Source: Callorhinchus milii | Taxonomy: Eukaryota | NCBI RefSeq assembly: GCF_018977255.1 | Contig: NW_024704743.1 | Location: forward strand, 101,620,001 to 101,684,000 | Length of the DNA: 64,000 nt | Direction of reading: 5' to 3' | In this document: positions 36,735-50,462 of the stretch, piece after piece | Numbering within the stretch: the first letter of the stretch is position 1 | Layout: each line of letters opens with the position of its first letter | Program-made: the position numbers and the translations under genes | The notes under the pieces: model-generated | Told to the model about the DNA's origin: nothing | The model's input: the letters and a program-made list of their open reading frames with translations, nothing else | The model's database searches: none

Positions 36735-37785
36735 TAACATGGGCCAATAGAAAGGTTCGGCCACACCTTTCCTGCCACAATGACCCCTGCCGGGTACAAA
36801 CTCGCCATAAATGTAGCCTGTGGCCCACGGGCCGCTTGCGCTGTTTACCCGGTGTCACTATGGGCGGAGCGGCTCCGGACGTGCATGCGTGGTGCAGTGC
36901 AAGCAGCAAATGGGCTATACTTGGTTGCCCTGCTGCTATGATTGTCTGAATGTCTGTGTCTTCTGTGTATATATGTATATATATATATATGTGTGTGTGT
37001 GTGTTATGAGGGTCTCTGTGTGAATGTGTGTATCTCTGTCACTCAGTGGGTATGTCTCTATCTCAGTGGGTGTGTCTCTGTCTCAGTGGGTGTGTCTCTG
37101 TCTCAGTGGGTGTGTCTCTCAGTGGGTATGTCTCTCAGTGGGTATGTCTCTGTCTCTCAGTGGATGTGTTCTGTCTTATTGGGTGTGTCTCAGTGGGTGT
37201 GTCTCTGTCTCTCAGTGGGTATGTCTCTGTCTCTCAGTGGATGTGTTCTGTCTCATTGGGTGTGTCTCAGTGGGTGTGTCTCTGTCTCAGTGGGTGTGTC
37301 TCATTGGGTGCGTCTCTGTCTCAATGGGTGTGGGTCTCTGTGTCTCTTGAGTGTCTCTGTGTTTGTGAATGTGTGTGTGTCTCTGTGAGTGCGTGCCTCG
37401 CTCTATGTCTAAGTGTGCGTGTCCATCTCTGGGTCTGTGAGTGTTCCTGCCTGTCTCCCTGGGTCTGTGTAATGCCGGCCCTGAGAGGCAGGAGGTAGGA
37501 GCTCCTGTAGCCTCCCTGGTGTTCCCCCGCAACCCCCCACCAAAAACAAAATAGCTACCCAGTTTTTAAAGAAGCAATTAATAATTGTTCTTGCGACAAT
37601 TTAATGTTTGTTATTTCCTTAAGTTTAGTTTTTATCAATAAGGAAAAATGTAGCAGTAAAATGTATCGCAATAGCACCAATCAACCCCCACAATTCCCCC
37701 GCAAAATTTAGCAACCCCCACAATTTTCACAAGTGCTCCGCAGTTTTGGGCAGATATGTCAGCACTTTTCTATTGGCCCATCTTA
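36735..37785. mobile_element. Non-autonomous DNA transposon-like element with terminal inverted repeats
   Basis: TAACATGGGCCAATAGAAA (36735-36753) vs TTTCTATTGGCCCATCTTA (37767-37785), 18/19 complementary; no transposase ORF. Confidence 0.7.
36950..37470 (+). repeat. (TA)n/(TG)n plus degenerate CTCAGTGGGTGTGTCT minisatellite
   Basis: Direct reading; explains the Cys/Val/Ser-rich spurious ORFs. Confidence 0.95.
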
Positions 37786-38997
37786 TAATGCACAGCTTCG
37801 CTAACATTTGATGATGTAAATGGTGTGAATTACATGTTAAGATTCTAATAGCACAATATAAATAGTTGAATGTATTTCACAATTGATAACTGCCAAAACA
37901 TCTGTTATTGGACAATTCATGATCTTTCTCCTGTGCTAGGAGTTGTCCCGCATTGATTTGCTGTTCATTTTGTAGGTAGAATTTTCAGCAACACTTATCT
38001 CTGTACTTCCGTACTTATTCTCCAAATTGGTTATACTTTGTACAGACCAATTTGGAAATATCGTAAAAGCAATAAATGATCCATTTTATCAAACCCTAAT
38101 AATAATTTATTCCAGGAATGACAACACATTGAACTACAATCTGGGCAATGACAAATGCTGTTACAATTGGAATTGTAAGAATGTAAGGTTTATCAGTTAT
38201 GTGTCATTGTGATTATGCAACGAAGAAACTTTTTATTTTCTATTGAGCCGATTTCAACAGAGCAACTGAGGTAAGTCAGAAGCATAGCAGGTGATGATGG
38301 TCATATGTACTGCCAAGCACATTTCATTGAAGTTGACCATGAATATTCCATAGAATTTTACAGCATGGAAACCGGCCATTCAGACCAAAAAGTGATGGGA
38401 GAAATATATATATATATATAAATGTGTGTGTGTATGTATGTGTATATATATGTATATATAAATGTGTATGGAATAAGCAAGTAGAGGAGCGAGCTGACCT
38501 TTGAAGATTAAAATTGATATTGAATGCCTGATGACTGAATGGTTGCCAAGAAAATGGATGCTCCTCAAATCTATATTCGGTTGGAACTGGTAAAGTCGTC
38601 CCCACGTATGTTTGCCATATGCAGTTTGTTCACCTAGGGGATCGCAAGCAGAAAATAGATATTCTTTGATTACAATTTCTGTACAATGTATTTACTTTGA
38701 TTTCTTTTAAAAAAACATACATTTAATTAAAATTCCTGAAACATTTATTTACACTTTTTGTTACTTATTAACTAAAAATTCATTAACTTATTTACATAAA
38801 GCCATATTCATGTAAAAAAATAGTAATTTAAGAATACACTATTGGTGTAAATGGTAATAAAACAATTTGTTGATGGAGGTGTGCTGGAGACAGTAGGTTT
38901 TTAGTTTTAATGTGTGGAGAAGGGACTGAGACTTCACTTTTTAGTAGATATAAGCGGGTTGCTGACAAATGGTTTTGAGATAAGCAAGTAAGACTAT

Positions 38998-39120
38998 TAC
39001 AATATTAAGGAAAAAAAACTTAAGATGACCACTAGAGGGTTTTTATACACAGTAGTGTAGGAGGAACATTTTCTACTGGAAACTGATCTATATTGCATGT
39101 TAGGCAGTGAGTTGCTGTGA
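38998..39120 (+). promoter_or_regulatory. ~125-bp duplicated module with CTCF-like core, copy 1
   Basis: ATGACCACTAGAGGG, AGGAGGAACATTTTCTACT, CTGATCTATATTGCATGTTAG, GTTGCTGTG recur at 43538-43670. Confidence 0.55.
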
Positions 39121-39169
39121 TTTCAGTATGAACAGGCAGTATCCTCAGGCTCTGTTGCTCTCACCTTTA

Positions 39170-41605
39170 ACAACAACAAAATTATATTTATAAAGTGCCT
39201 ATTACATCAGGAGGATGTCTCAAGGCACTGAACAGTGGGGGGATCAGGACCCGAGTGTCAGGCAGGTTTGGGAATGAGGGAGGGCAGAGAGGTAGGAGGG
39301 TGGCTGAAGGCACGGTTGGAAAGGAGGGTCTTGAGTTATGCCTTGAAGTAGGCAAGGGAGGGAGCAAGACGGGGATTATGGGATAGCGTTCAAAAGGGTG
39401 GGGGCAGACAGGCTGAAAGCCTGGTTGCTGATGGTAGGGCGTCAGACAGGAGACACGGAGCAGGCCGGTGCCTGCTGAATGGAGGGAACAGACAGGTTGA
39501 CGGGATCAGCAGGTCAGTGAGGTAGGAGGGGACAAGGCTGTGGAGCACCTTGAAAGTGAGGACAAGGATTTTGAATTCTATCCTTTGAGTGATGGATAGC
39601 CAGTGGAGCCGGGCGAGGGGGGTGGGGGTGATGAGATCTCAGCCTGGTGCATGAGAGGACATAAGCTGCAGAGTTCTGGCTGATCTGCAGCTTGTGGAGG
39701 GAAGAGTTGGGGAGGCCGACGAGGAGGGAGTTTCCATAGTCGAGCCTTGAGATGATGATTGCATATAAGGGTTTCGTCGGCCTGAGGGGTGAGGCAGTGG
39801 AAGAGTCAGACAATGTTGTGGAGGTGGGGGAAGGCAGAACGGGTCATGGGATGGATATGGAGCAGAAAGGACAGTTAAGGGTTGAACAAGATGCCCAGGT
39901 TCCTGACTGGCTTGGTGAAGTGGAGTGTGCATCCACTGATGCTGTCAGTGCCTGAGGTGTGGAGGTGCTAGCGTGAACCAATCAGGAGGGCCTTGGTCTT
40001 GCTGACATTCAGCTGTATAAAGTTGGATTTCATCCAGGAATTGATGTCAGACAGTCTGTCAGGACGTCAGTTGTCCTGGAATTGAGGGTAGAGGCAGAGA
40101 GGTAGAGTTGGGTGTCATCCATGTACATGTGGAAGTTGACCCCTTGTCTGTGGATGATGTCACCAAGGAGGAGCATGTCGAGGTTGAAGAAGAGGCGACC
40201 AAGCATGGAGCCCTGAGGAACATTGCACAAGACTGTGCAAAGGCTGGAAGAGAAACTGTGGGTGGAGACAAATTGGAGATGGTTTGAGATAAGACCTGAA
40301 CCATTCAAGGACAGAACCTTGAAGGTTGAGGTGAGAGGAGTGGTCCATGGTATCGAAGACAGCAGAGAGGTCAAGGAGGCAGAGGGAGCCCTGGTCACAG
40401 ATGAACAGGATGTCGTTTGTGACCTTGACCAGAGCAAAGTGTGGGGGGAGATGGGGAGGGAGTGCCAGTTGGGAGGGTGGAGGCAGATGAACAGATCCCC
40501 TCGATTTTGGACTCGGAAATCCAGCATCTCCTCAGAGATGCTGAGTTTCAAGAGAGCATGGGCGAGACATGGGAGGGTGGATGGAGTTGCCGGTTGGTGG
40601 TGGAAAATAGGAACCTGGGGTTGTCCTTTGCCTCCGAGATTATCTTGGAGTAGAAGGACGATTTGGCGGAGGCAAGGGTGGAGTAGTACGTTTTGATGTG
40701 ATTCAGCCAGATCTGCCGGTGGACCGTTAGATCAGATTTGAGCCAGGTGCGTTCGGCGGCCCACATCGGACCCTTGAGAGAGCGGAGGTGGCTGGTGTAT
40801 CAGGGTGAGGATCGTGAGTAGGAGGTGAGGGGGGCAAGGGCATCAAGAGTGGTGGAGGAGAGTGAGTGAGGAAGATAAATCAGTGCAGGTGGTAGGCCAG
40901 AGTGGGAGGAGTTCAGATGACTCCAGGGCAGTGGAGAAGGAATGCGGGTATTTTTTTTCCAGGGGCGGTAGGAGATGGAGGTGGGTTTGGTGGCAGTGGG
41001 GAGAGGGATTGAGGAGTTAAAGGAGATGAAATGGTGACTGGAGATGGCTTTGTCTCTGATTGTGATATCCGAGACACTGAGGCCCCAGGTAATCACCAGG
41101 TCGAGTGGGTGGCCATTAACGTGGGTGTCAGAATGGATGTGGAGGGAAAGGTTGTGAGAGGAGAGAAGTCTGAGGAGATAGAGCAGGAAGGGGTGAAGTG
41201 AAGGTTGAAGTCACCGAGGATGAGGAGGCATTCAGAACAGAGGCAGAGGGAAGCTAGGAGGGTGGAGCCATCAGAGATGAAGGTGGAGGAGGTTTTGGGT
41301 TAAATGAGGAGAATTTTCAGGGGAAAGATTGGAGGGATGGTGGTGTAAGGTGCTCAAATCAGGGGAATGAGCCAGAGTAGTAGGGGATAGAGCAAGTGAG
41401 GTCCTGGAAGGCCACACTACTGCCACTGTGGTTGGGACTTGGGGTATGATGGGAGGTATAGCTGGGTAGTGTGGCCTCAGTGAGAGGGAAGATATCAGTC
41501 AGGGCCATGATGTCAATATTTTGATCAATGATGAGGTCATTGATGGTCAGAGCCTTGTTGCATAGGGAGCCGGCATTTTGTAGGCCGGTGCGTGAAGAAA
41601 TGTGT
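39170..41605 (-). mobile_element. Internally deleted L2 LINE (endonuclease + RT + 3' tail)
   Basis: [79 protein letters not shown]; many frameshifts. Confidence 0.88.
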
Positions 41606-42064
41606 GAAATTGTTGGGAGAAGACGGTATCCGTATAAAATGTATGAAAATGGTATCAATATAAAATGTATGTTAGGGTTATAATAAAACAGATTTTTCTC
41701 TTCTATGTTAATCCATATGTTTAGTTGGTGATTGTGGAGAATCAGCAGGATGTTGAAGGAAGTACCAATACAGTACTCTCAGATGGTGCATGTTGGGGGT
41801 TGTCAGCAATGAATCAGGACAATAGTCGAGACAGAATCTCAAGAGAGGCAATTAGAAGAAATAGAGAAACACTAGCTGGGGTAACAGATGGATGTGTGCT
41901 CAAAATGTAGATACGTTGGCAAAGGAGGGAAAACGGAAGAAAACGAGGTAACTTTGGTCCAGGATACATGTCATAGTCGGGAGGTTGTTCATCATAACTA
42001 GACCAATTAGTATGAGTTAATGGGTAAGAAAGAAAAAAGCAAGCTGGTAGAGTAGAGGTTAGGA

Positions 42065-43535
42065 GACGGTCCCCTCAAAAAACCTCTTGATCCCTCCAAC
42101 CTCACAAATTACTGATCCATTTCCAACTTGCCCTTTTTGGCCAAAGCTCTGGAACGTGTTGTCACTAACCAGCTTTACTTTCACCTCTCCCTCCACTCCA
42201 TCCTCGAGCCTCTCCAGTCTGGTTTCCACCCTACCCATAGCATAGACAGCATTTGTCAAGGTCACAAACAACCTCCTCTCTCTCTGATCAGCGCTCCCTC
42301 TGCCTCCTCGACCAAACTATTCTCATTCACTGCCTCTCCTCCTTCATCCACCTCAGTGGGACTGCACTAGCCTGGCTTGAGTCCTACCTAACAAACTGTC
42401 TTCCTTTTATCTCCTCAAACTGCTTCTCCTCTGGTCCACGCCCAGTCACCTGAGGGGAACCCAGGGCTCCATCCTTCGCTTCCTCCTCTTCCTCATCTAT
42501 ATGCTCCCTCTTGATGATGTTATCCGCAGACATGGGGTAAACTTCCACATGTACGCAGATGATACACAAATCTATTTGTCCTCCAACTCCAGGTTTGCCA
42601 ATGTTCTCTCTGGTTCTCTAATGGACATCAGGGCCTGGATGTGCAAAACCTTTCTACAAAAATATTCAATTCACTTTACAGTATATTTTGTGAAGCGTCT
42701 AGAAGACGTGAAAAGCGCTACATCAACCGTAAGGATTATTATTATTATTACAACTCAATGTTGACAAGACGAAAGTCATACTCATTGGCTCCAGTCAACA
42801 TCTTCTATCCTGCAGCTTTGACCTCCTCAACCTCCCTAGGCTCTCCTTCAGACTTACCGAACCAATGCGCAACCTAGGCGTCAGGTTTGACCCACAGCTG
42901 TCCTTCCCCACATCTGGTCCCTGACCAGGATCACCTTCCTCCGCCTCCGACCGTACCTTATCCCAGGCACACCCGAAACACTCGTCCATGCTTCGTCATC
43001 TTCCAACTTGACTTTTCAAGTGCCCTCTTTGCCAGTCTCCCCAGTTCCACCATACACAGGATCCAGCTGATCTAAAACTCCACCGCCCACATACTTACTC
43101 ACCCATACTAAATTCCGTACCTCCATCACACCAGTTCTAGCCAGGCTGCACTGGCTCTCTATTGCCGAACAGATCAATTTCAAGATCATCTCCTTTTCAA
43201 ATCCCTTCATGCCCTGGCACCTTCTTACCTCTCCGGCCTGCTTACCTCCCAACCCGCTGCCTCCGCTCAACTCGCTTCGGCCTTCTGCATGTCCCCCGTG
43301 CCACCCATTCCACCATTGGTGGCAGTGCTTTCAGCCACTATGCCCTGAAGCTCTGCAATACTTCCTCTATCCCTCCGCCTTGCCCCTTCCTTCCCTATCT
43401 TCAGGTCGCGTCTGAAGACCTTCGTATTCGACTGCACCTACGGTCACTCCCACCAGCTTAGCGTTGTGCTCCACCACTGTCGAGCACTCTGGGACGCTAC
43501 CCTGCGTTAGGGGGCGCTATATAAATGCAAGCTGT
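42065..43535 (+). mobile_element. Decayed L2 RT and 3' end, interrupted by a SINE tail (~42655-42750)
   Basis: [43 protein letters not shown]; tail GGGCGCTATATAAATGCAAG. Confidence 0.85.
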
Positions 43536-43537
43536 AT

Positions 43538-43670
43538 TTACAATATTATTAAGGAAAAAATAAGTTTTATGACCACTAGAGGGCTTTCATATAAAGTGGT
43601 GTTGGAAAGGAGGAACATTTTCTACTTCAAACTCTGATCTATATTGCATGTTAGTGAGTGTGTTGCTGTG
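43538..43670 (+). promoter_or_regulatory. Duplicated module with CTCF-like core, copy 2
   Basis: TGACCACTAGAGGGC at 43570-43584. Confidence 0.55.
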
Positions 43671-44169
43671 CCTCTGTGAAGTCTTCCAAGATGTGATTTG
43701 AGGCTGAAGAGTCTTAACCCCAAAATCCTCTTACAATGCTTTCTACCTATGAATGCCATACAGCACTTGAAACTTCAGTGTGCCATTAAATTCTTTTAAT
43801 AATAGTATCTGTTTTGTTCTATAGTAGATTACATTCTAACCTGATATAATGGTTGAGGGTTCATAAAATGACAAACCCGTCTTTTAACATAATTGCCGAT
43901 CAGTGCTTGTGCTCATCATAGTCTCACATGATTGGTAGTGACATTGTGCTTGTGTGAAGAAACCTGGCTGCGTTCCAACATAGCTGACTCCCGAGTCATC
44001 AGGTCACAGCCAATGTTGCTTCCTGCCAAAGCTAGCCATGGGTCTGCAGGCCACCTGATTTATAAGTGAGCACTTTGGGGCACGTCTGTAATATGGTACA
44101 GCACTATAATAAATCTGTACTTTTATACACTAATAATTTCATTCAGTTTTATGTGAAAACATGATACTT

Positions 44170-44493
44170 GGGAGTCCTGTAGCTCAGTGGTTAGAGCACT
44201 CGCTTTGCAAGCGAGAGATCTGAGTTCAATTCCAGGCAGGGCGAAACCTTGGGCAAGTTTCCTTACTCCACACAGAGCCTAATAATAATCCCTCCAAAAC
44301 CAAAAACAATAATAAATTGGTCATTTTCAATCTACGACTGTTTGTGGGACACTGCTGTGCGCAATTGGCTGCCGCGTTCGCCCACAAATATACAGTCAAT
44401 TCATTTTCCAGTATGTTCTGTGAAGCGCTTTGGGACATCCTCCTGACGTGAAAAGCCCTATATCAAATGCAAGGATTATTAAGGATTATTATT
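44170..44493 (+). mobile_element. tRNA-derived SINE, full length
   Basis: Very similar to 2067-2386; TACTT at both flanks. Confidence 0.92.
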
Positions 44494-45786
44494 ACTTTAA
44501 CATCAATTTGACTAACTTTTCACGATCTAGCCAGGATTGGTTTCCAAAATTGTTTGAAACAAACATTGATGAGTGTAACCAGTAGCAAGTAACTAGAGAC
44601 ATGTTTGTGAAAAGGGCATTTTTTATTTCTAATTCAGAAAGATCATAAGGATTGTATAGTGCTGTTTTCCAGTTGCGTGTGGAATACATAAATTACCCAT
44701 TTCTCTAAATGCTGAGTTTGGCACTAATGTGTATTGATCTGTACAGTTTGTGTATGCCTTAACATGATTTTAATACTGGAATGCTAAGCTAAAAAAAAAT
44801 TGAAGTTGGAAAATAAGTGACCTGAGTCCAAGAAACTTTTGGCATGCTTTAATTTAATAATAAATTTATAGTCTTTAATTTAGAAACATCTGAAGTACAG
44901 TAAAGAAAAGTGACTGAAAGTAAACAATTATTCAGCAATATTGCACGTGGCTCATACACAGCACAAACATACAAATCATAAAAATGCAAATTCTGCCAGA
45001 AGCAAACACACACACACGGAAGCAACTTGTTCACTATTTTAAAACATCTCCATGTATATTACCTAGTAACACTTCTACAGGTCACTGTGACATTACGTTC
45101 CAAGTAATCAATGCTGGCGCAAAAACGACCGTAACTGTAACAGAAGTGCCAGGATTCTGGTATTACTAAAGAAACCACAGGCGAAAAGCTAAGAAGCATT
45201 GGTTGCAATCAGTTTTTAACATCTATGTAAAAAACAGCATAACCATTCAACTGCACATTCTCACAAGCGACAACATGAGACACATGTGAATCATAAAATC
45301 TTATTAAAGCAGACTGGAGCCAGCTGCCTCAGAAGGTTCAATGTTCAGTATCTTCTGTTCAAAAGCCTTGATGGCAGGCTTTACTCTGGAATTAACCTGT
45401 GCTTAGATGTACTTTAGAGTCGTGACAGTATAGTTTTAAATATTCTCGGTCCCTTACACTTTGTGTTTTACATTTAACTACCATTATCATGACATTTAAA
45501 AATAAGCAAACACAAAGCCTATTTATTGTTAAGGCTTGTTTGTGGGTTCAGTTTGGCCACTAAGTTTCTTCTTTTCTCATTCGCGAAGCATCCATATAAT
45601 AAAGTATCCTTTCAAAATAGCCTGTGATCTCTAAAATGCACATCTTAAATAAAGGAATATATTTATAATTTATCAACAGTGCAAATTAAACCTACTGATG
45701 TGATGAAATGGTATCTAGCCACATGTTAAAAGGAGGTTTGATCAGCCAATTCCAGTAATTTCAAGTGTACTGAATTAACATGAAGT

Positions 45787-47017
45787 TTAAGTGCAGTTAG
45801 TGGGATTCTGTGCATTACTGGGACGGCGGAACAATGTACGAGGTGAATGACGCAGCGAGTGCAGAGCCACCAAACAGCATCCACGCATCAGAGTGCCGAT
45901 GTTGTACAGTGGGTCCATTCCACCCCTGTGTGTGGCAAGTACCCAGGCCAGAGTTGGAACTACTGGCACAGCTACTGCCAACAGATCGATGATAAAATGG
46001 TTGCTCCAATAGCTTCTCTCACACACTGCAGACGGCTGCTCTAAAAGGTGCGCTCGAGAGACACTGCGCTCATTTCCAGCTAGTTCAAATGCAAAATTAA
46101 GATCTATCACATTGCTTATTCTAGGTGAAAGCTCGGTTTGTTCGCTGTAATTACAGGTCTCTGGGCTGTTAAGGAGATTAACAGATTCTGATTTAGACAC
46201 TAAAATTCCAATATTGGGATTGTTTGGTGTTGAATCCACCAAAGCATTGGTAATCATAGTATCCAACTTGGGTGCACATGCTGCTTGACCAGCATCTGTC
46301 ATCCAGGTTGAAGATATGGGACTGATCGGGCTGCTGTCCTGTGATTTCAGTAAGTGTAGAATGAGCTTCTGTACATCAGGTCCATAGGGCACTAAATCAG
46401 TCTGGATGGCCTGCTCCCTGACCAGTCGATTGTCATCAGTCACAAAGAGCATACCACTTTGAGCAGAAATGTCAAATGTGGCACTGTTAGCAAGCTTGAC
46501 TGGCATTTCATTAGCTTGCACCCAGGAGACACCTCCAGAGACACCTTCAATGGCTGTCGACTTCAAAATTTGGTCAAAGAGATCTGCTCTGCTTGCCATG
46601 TCATCATTGGCAAGCAGACCACTATCAGCCATTGCTTCAACCGCTTGATCTTCCAAGCCTGTGCCTTCGGTCATTTTTGTGTAAGTTGTGCTACGTGCTA
46701 AAGCCTTCACTGGTGAAGTGCACATATAGTCCACAGCTTGGTCATCCCTTAGAGCCCCATTCTGAGCCATCTCCATGCTCTGCAGCAAAGACTCAAGCTT
46801 TTTGTTTTGGATATTAATATCAATAAAATATTTCTGCACTCCTTTATCTTTCTCCACCAGACTGTTCTTCATGGTATCAATCACCTGCCGCAGTTGTTTG
46901 ATCTCCTTCCGAGCTTCCTTTAGTGCCAGCTGGGCTTCAACTCGATGACATTCCTCTTCAATCCAGTCTTCTCGCATGCGCGCAAGCTGGGACTTGAGAT
47001 CAACAACCTCAGATTCC
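45787..47017 (-). CDS. SYBU: Syntabulin last coding exon (coiled coil, low-complexity middle, C-terminal hydrophobic anchor)
   Basis: Acceptor tttaccag|G; (R)ESEVVDLKSQLARMREDWIEEECHRVEAQLALKEARKEIKQL...YFIDINIQNKKLESLLQSME and YWSNHFIIDLLAVAVPVVPTLAW...RGCCLVALHSLR are syntaphilin/syntabulin signatures; convergent on EBAG9 like SYBU. Confidence 0.92.
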
Positions 47018-50000
47018 CTGGTAAAACAAATGCTACAATGTACATAAAGGAAGGTATGAAAAGTGGTTACTGTTTTTACAGAACAAACTGGACTAACCCA
47101 GAAACACATTGACAAACTAAATTCCAAATTACAACCGGTTTTAAACTCGGGGAAATGGCATATGGTCATCAGCCAATTTTACAGACAGGGCAAGTGCAAT
47201 CCTGGCAACTTGCTACAAGAAGCCTGAAATGAAAATGCATATTTGCAAGGTTCGTGTCAGTAGAAATATAAAGAATAAGTTCCCTTCATCAAAACCCTAC
47301 TGACTTTAGTAAATGCATTGTACGGAAAATAAAACCAGGAAATTTCTTGTGACGCAATATTAAAAACCAACCAGATTTGTGCGGGATAAAAAGCTACAGC
47401 AAAGATAAGAAAACTTTATGGAAAAACAAAATTCTAATCAGACAGAGGTTGTTCCAACACATTTTCTACATAACCTTACTCACTGGCACAATACTATTTC
47501 CTGCAAAACTTTGAGGCACTAAAACAGACTTTAAAAGTAAGTGTATTGTTTGAAGTGGCACTTGTACACACCATAATCTTTAGTGTACAAAGAAAGGAAG
47601 TACAACATTTACTGGAGCATATTTTATACAGGAACCACTTTGACCCAACCTACACACATAGAAATTACAAAGATCTTGTTGAGCAAATTATCAATGCAAG
47701 ATTCTTCTCATGAGTTGAACGATATTCTTTTTTGTGGGTGAGCCTGGTATCTGACACGTGGAAAACCATCACGGAAGAGTATCCAAACTTGACTAAGAGA
47801 TCCATGTATGCCACCTATACATCGAAATATTTCAGGATATTTCATCCTTGTCTAGTGTTTCTCTTGTCATGTTCACTTGCGATTAATTTTGGTGATATAT
47901 AATTTATCAACCTTTTAGCTAGGTCTTCAAAAGCTAAACCCCAGAATTGTGTGTAGAACTCTACACAATTTCTAACTGGATTCCTTAATAAGAAAAGCAG
48001 AAGTTCGTCATACCGAGCTCCAAGAACTCCACTCTGAAGCAATCTATTTTCAAAGCGACTTCCCATGGATTCTCGGGACATACTTTCAGATCATAAAGGA
48101 GTCCCCACTCTTATCCTTATTCAGGAATCCCATTAGAATTAGCCATACATTAGATCCAAATACAGGGTAACCCCACTATCATGTGATTGTCAGGGTCCAA
48201 TATCTCAGTTAAAAAAGAGCAAGCATATTAAAAAAAATTACTTTACTAATTATGTACCATTCTATATACTGTACTAAAATTCTTTACAATTGTTCTTTTA
48301 CCCACTTCTATCGATCAATGTGGTAACTACTCTCTTTTGATCAGCCAGGTGTCTGACACATGTGGAAACACATCATCATGCTTAAGATCATCCAAACCAG
48401 CCTAAGAATTCCACATTTGCATGCCAAATATACATGGAAATTTCCCTACTAGTAACTAGTTATCAGCAGGGAAAAAAACAGCTGATCACATTTCAATTGT
48501 GAACAGAAGGCACTTATGTCCAAAGCAGTAGAAACGAGGGCATGACTGCACACTTAAAATACATTGCTTTTATGGAGCATTCTTGCCACCTACTTACTCA
48601 ATGCAGAGTTAATGCAGGTGACCCAATGATGCAATGTCTCAGTACCCAGATCCGTAGCCCATGTCAATTTTCAAATTATTTCATTTTTAATACAACAATC
48701 CTCAGATACATTAGTCAATTCATGACTAGATTGCTGTGTCATTGTGTTGTAATCAGTGTGAAGGTCATGTAGATTCAAGAGCATAGCTCTCAATAATAAT
48801 GCCCTACAAATCTCGAGTTATGTTGCCAAGCTGATTCCCAGTGGAACTGCGCTGAATACATCACTACCACAAGCAGGACTGCAATCTACAAAGAGTGTGC
48901 AGTTAATAAACCAACTCAACTCATAACTTGCATATCAAATTCGGAACGCAGAATTTCCAAGTTTGTATATGAAAACATTTTCATGATTTATTTAATTACA
49001 AAAACCATCAGAAACAAACCGGAAGATAAAACAAAGAGGTGTACATTAGCAGAGATGAAAAGGGAAATGGAATATGACTGATTATTGATTATTCACTGAT
49101 GGGTCTCCAGTCCATGTGAAACCACTGTCCCCACAGCTAAACAAACACAAGGTTCTATCCCGAAGGCATTTGACTACAAAGCAAAAGCAAAGCAAATCCT
49201 AAACTTTTATAGATTAAGAAGATTGAAACATTGAAAATGGTTCGGAGAAGAGCAATGATTCTAGGACTTGTCCAAATGCTTGTAGAGCTGAGTGCATCGG
49301 AAAAGATGATAGAGGGTGCATATGGTGACGAGAGATAGATAGATGTAAGTCAGCTTGGATTTGGACTGCAAGAGGAAAGCTAGAGAGTGTAGGTCTAAAC
49401 TTAAAACACTCTGAGATACAACTCTAGTTTAAAAGGAATGTATTGTTTCGGCAGTGTTGGGGAATAGATTCATAACAAAGCTGTTGATGGTAGGAGACAA
49501 TATTGGAAATATAGGAGCACTGTAGCTACTACTGAGATGAATCAATAAGACATATGACAGAATAATTTCTGTATCGCTGGCCTCAGAAGGAGAATTCTGA
49601 CCTTACGTGTGTTTCATGGGATTTCTGTTTCATGGGAGTAATGTTCCTAGGTAAACTATACAGTTTTCGGGGGGCGTGGGGTGGGGGGAAGGAGGGACAC
49701 ATTTAAAAACAATTGGTAACCTTCTTTCATATCTCTTAACCTTCAGACATGGGACAGTGGCTGAAATTACTCATCTGTTCTGGTTAAATGTCTTTCTTTT
49801 CAAGAGATTGGGGATGAAGGTACTCCTTCTACTGGTCCCTTGATAATGCCACACGCAGTAAATAAAAAAAAAGTGGCCCACACATTTGTTCCACATTTTG
49901 AAATAATGAAGACCAAGAGTTGTGTTTGTGGGGAAGGTGGGGGAGGGTGTTTTTAAAAAGCTGTGGGATAATTGGATCGATAAAATCATCTTTAAACAGA

Positions 50001-50462
50001 TCAACCATAAAGAGACAATAATGCTACCAAGGTAACCGAAACCTCAAGTTTACTGAACCTTCAATCTCAAGCAAAAGCTTTGAATTGGAAATGAATTTAA
50101 AGGTAGCACGTGATGATGTCCTGCCTGATGTGGATGGGCTCAGTGACTCTGGTGACCAACTTGAAGATCACAATGGGTCAGGAACTATAATGTTACTTCC
50201 AATCTCCGTGCTTCCTCTCACCTCGAGACGTAAACAAAACAACTGATAGACCACTTGAATTCCGTGGCACCTGCTGTATATATTTTGCCTGACCAACACC
50301 TGCACTAAATGGCTGATCTGCTCACCAGAGGATTTCATTCAGGAAAAGGGATGCAATTTGGGGATGAAGAATTAAGGAGTACACTTCCAGGTTGAATGTA
50401 AATGACTTACTTTTAGGTTGAAATTCACTTGAAACTAATATTAGATTCAAAATAATTACCAC

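Noticed and set aside
36942..37532. Cys/Val/Ser-rich repetitive ORFs or a CRISPR-like array
   Set aside because: Translations of a degenerate minisatellite; no unique spacers and the context is eukaryotic
47018..47169. N-terminus of the 460-aa ORF (MTICHF...)
   Set aside because: Intronic read-through upstream of the acceptor at 47017/47018; family similarity starts at RESE
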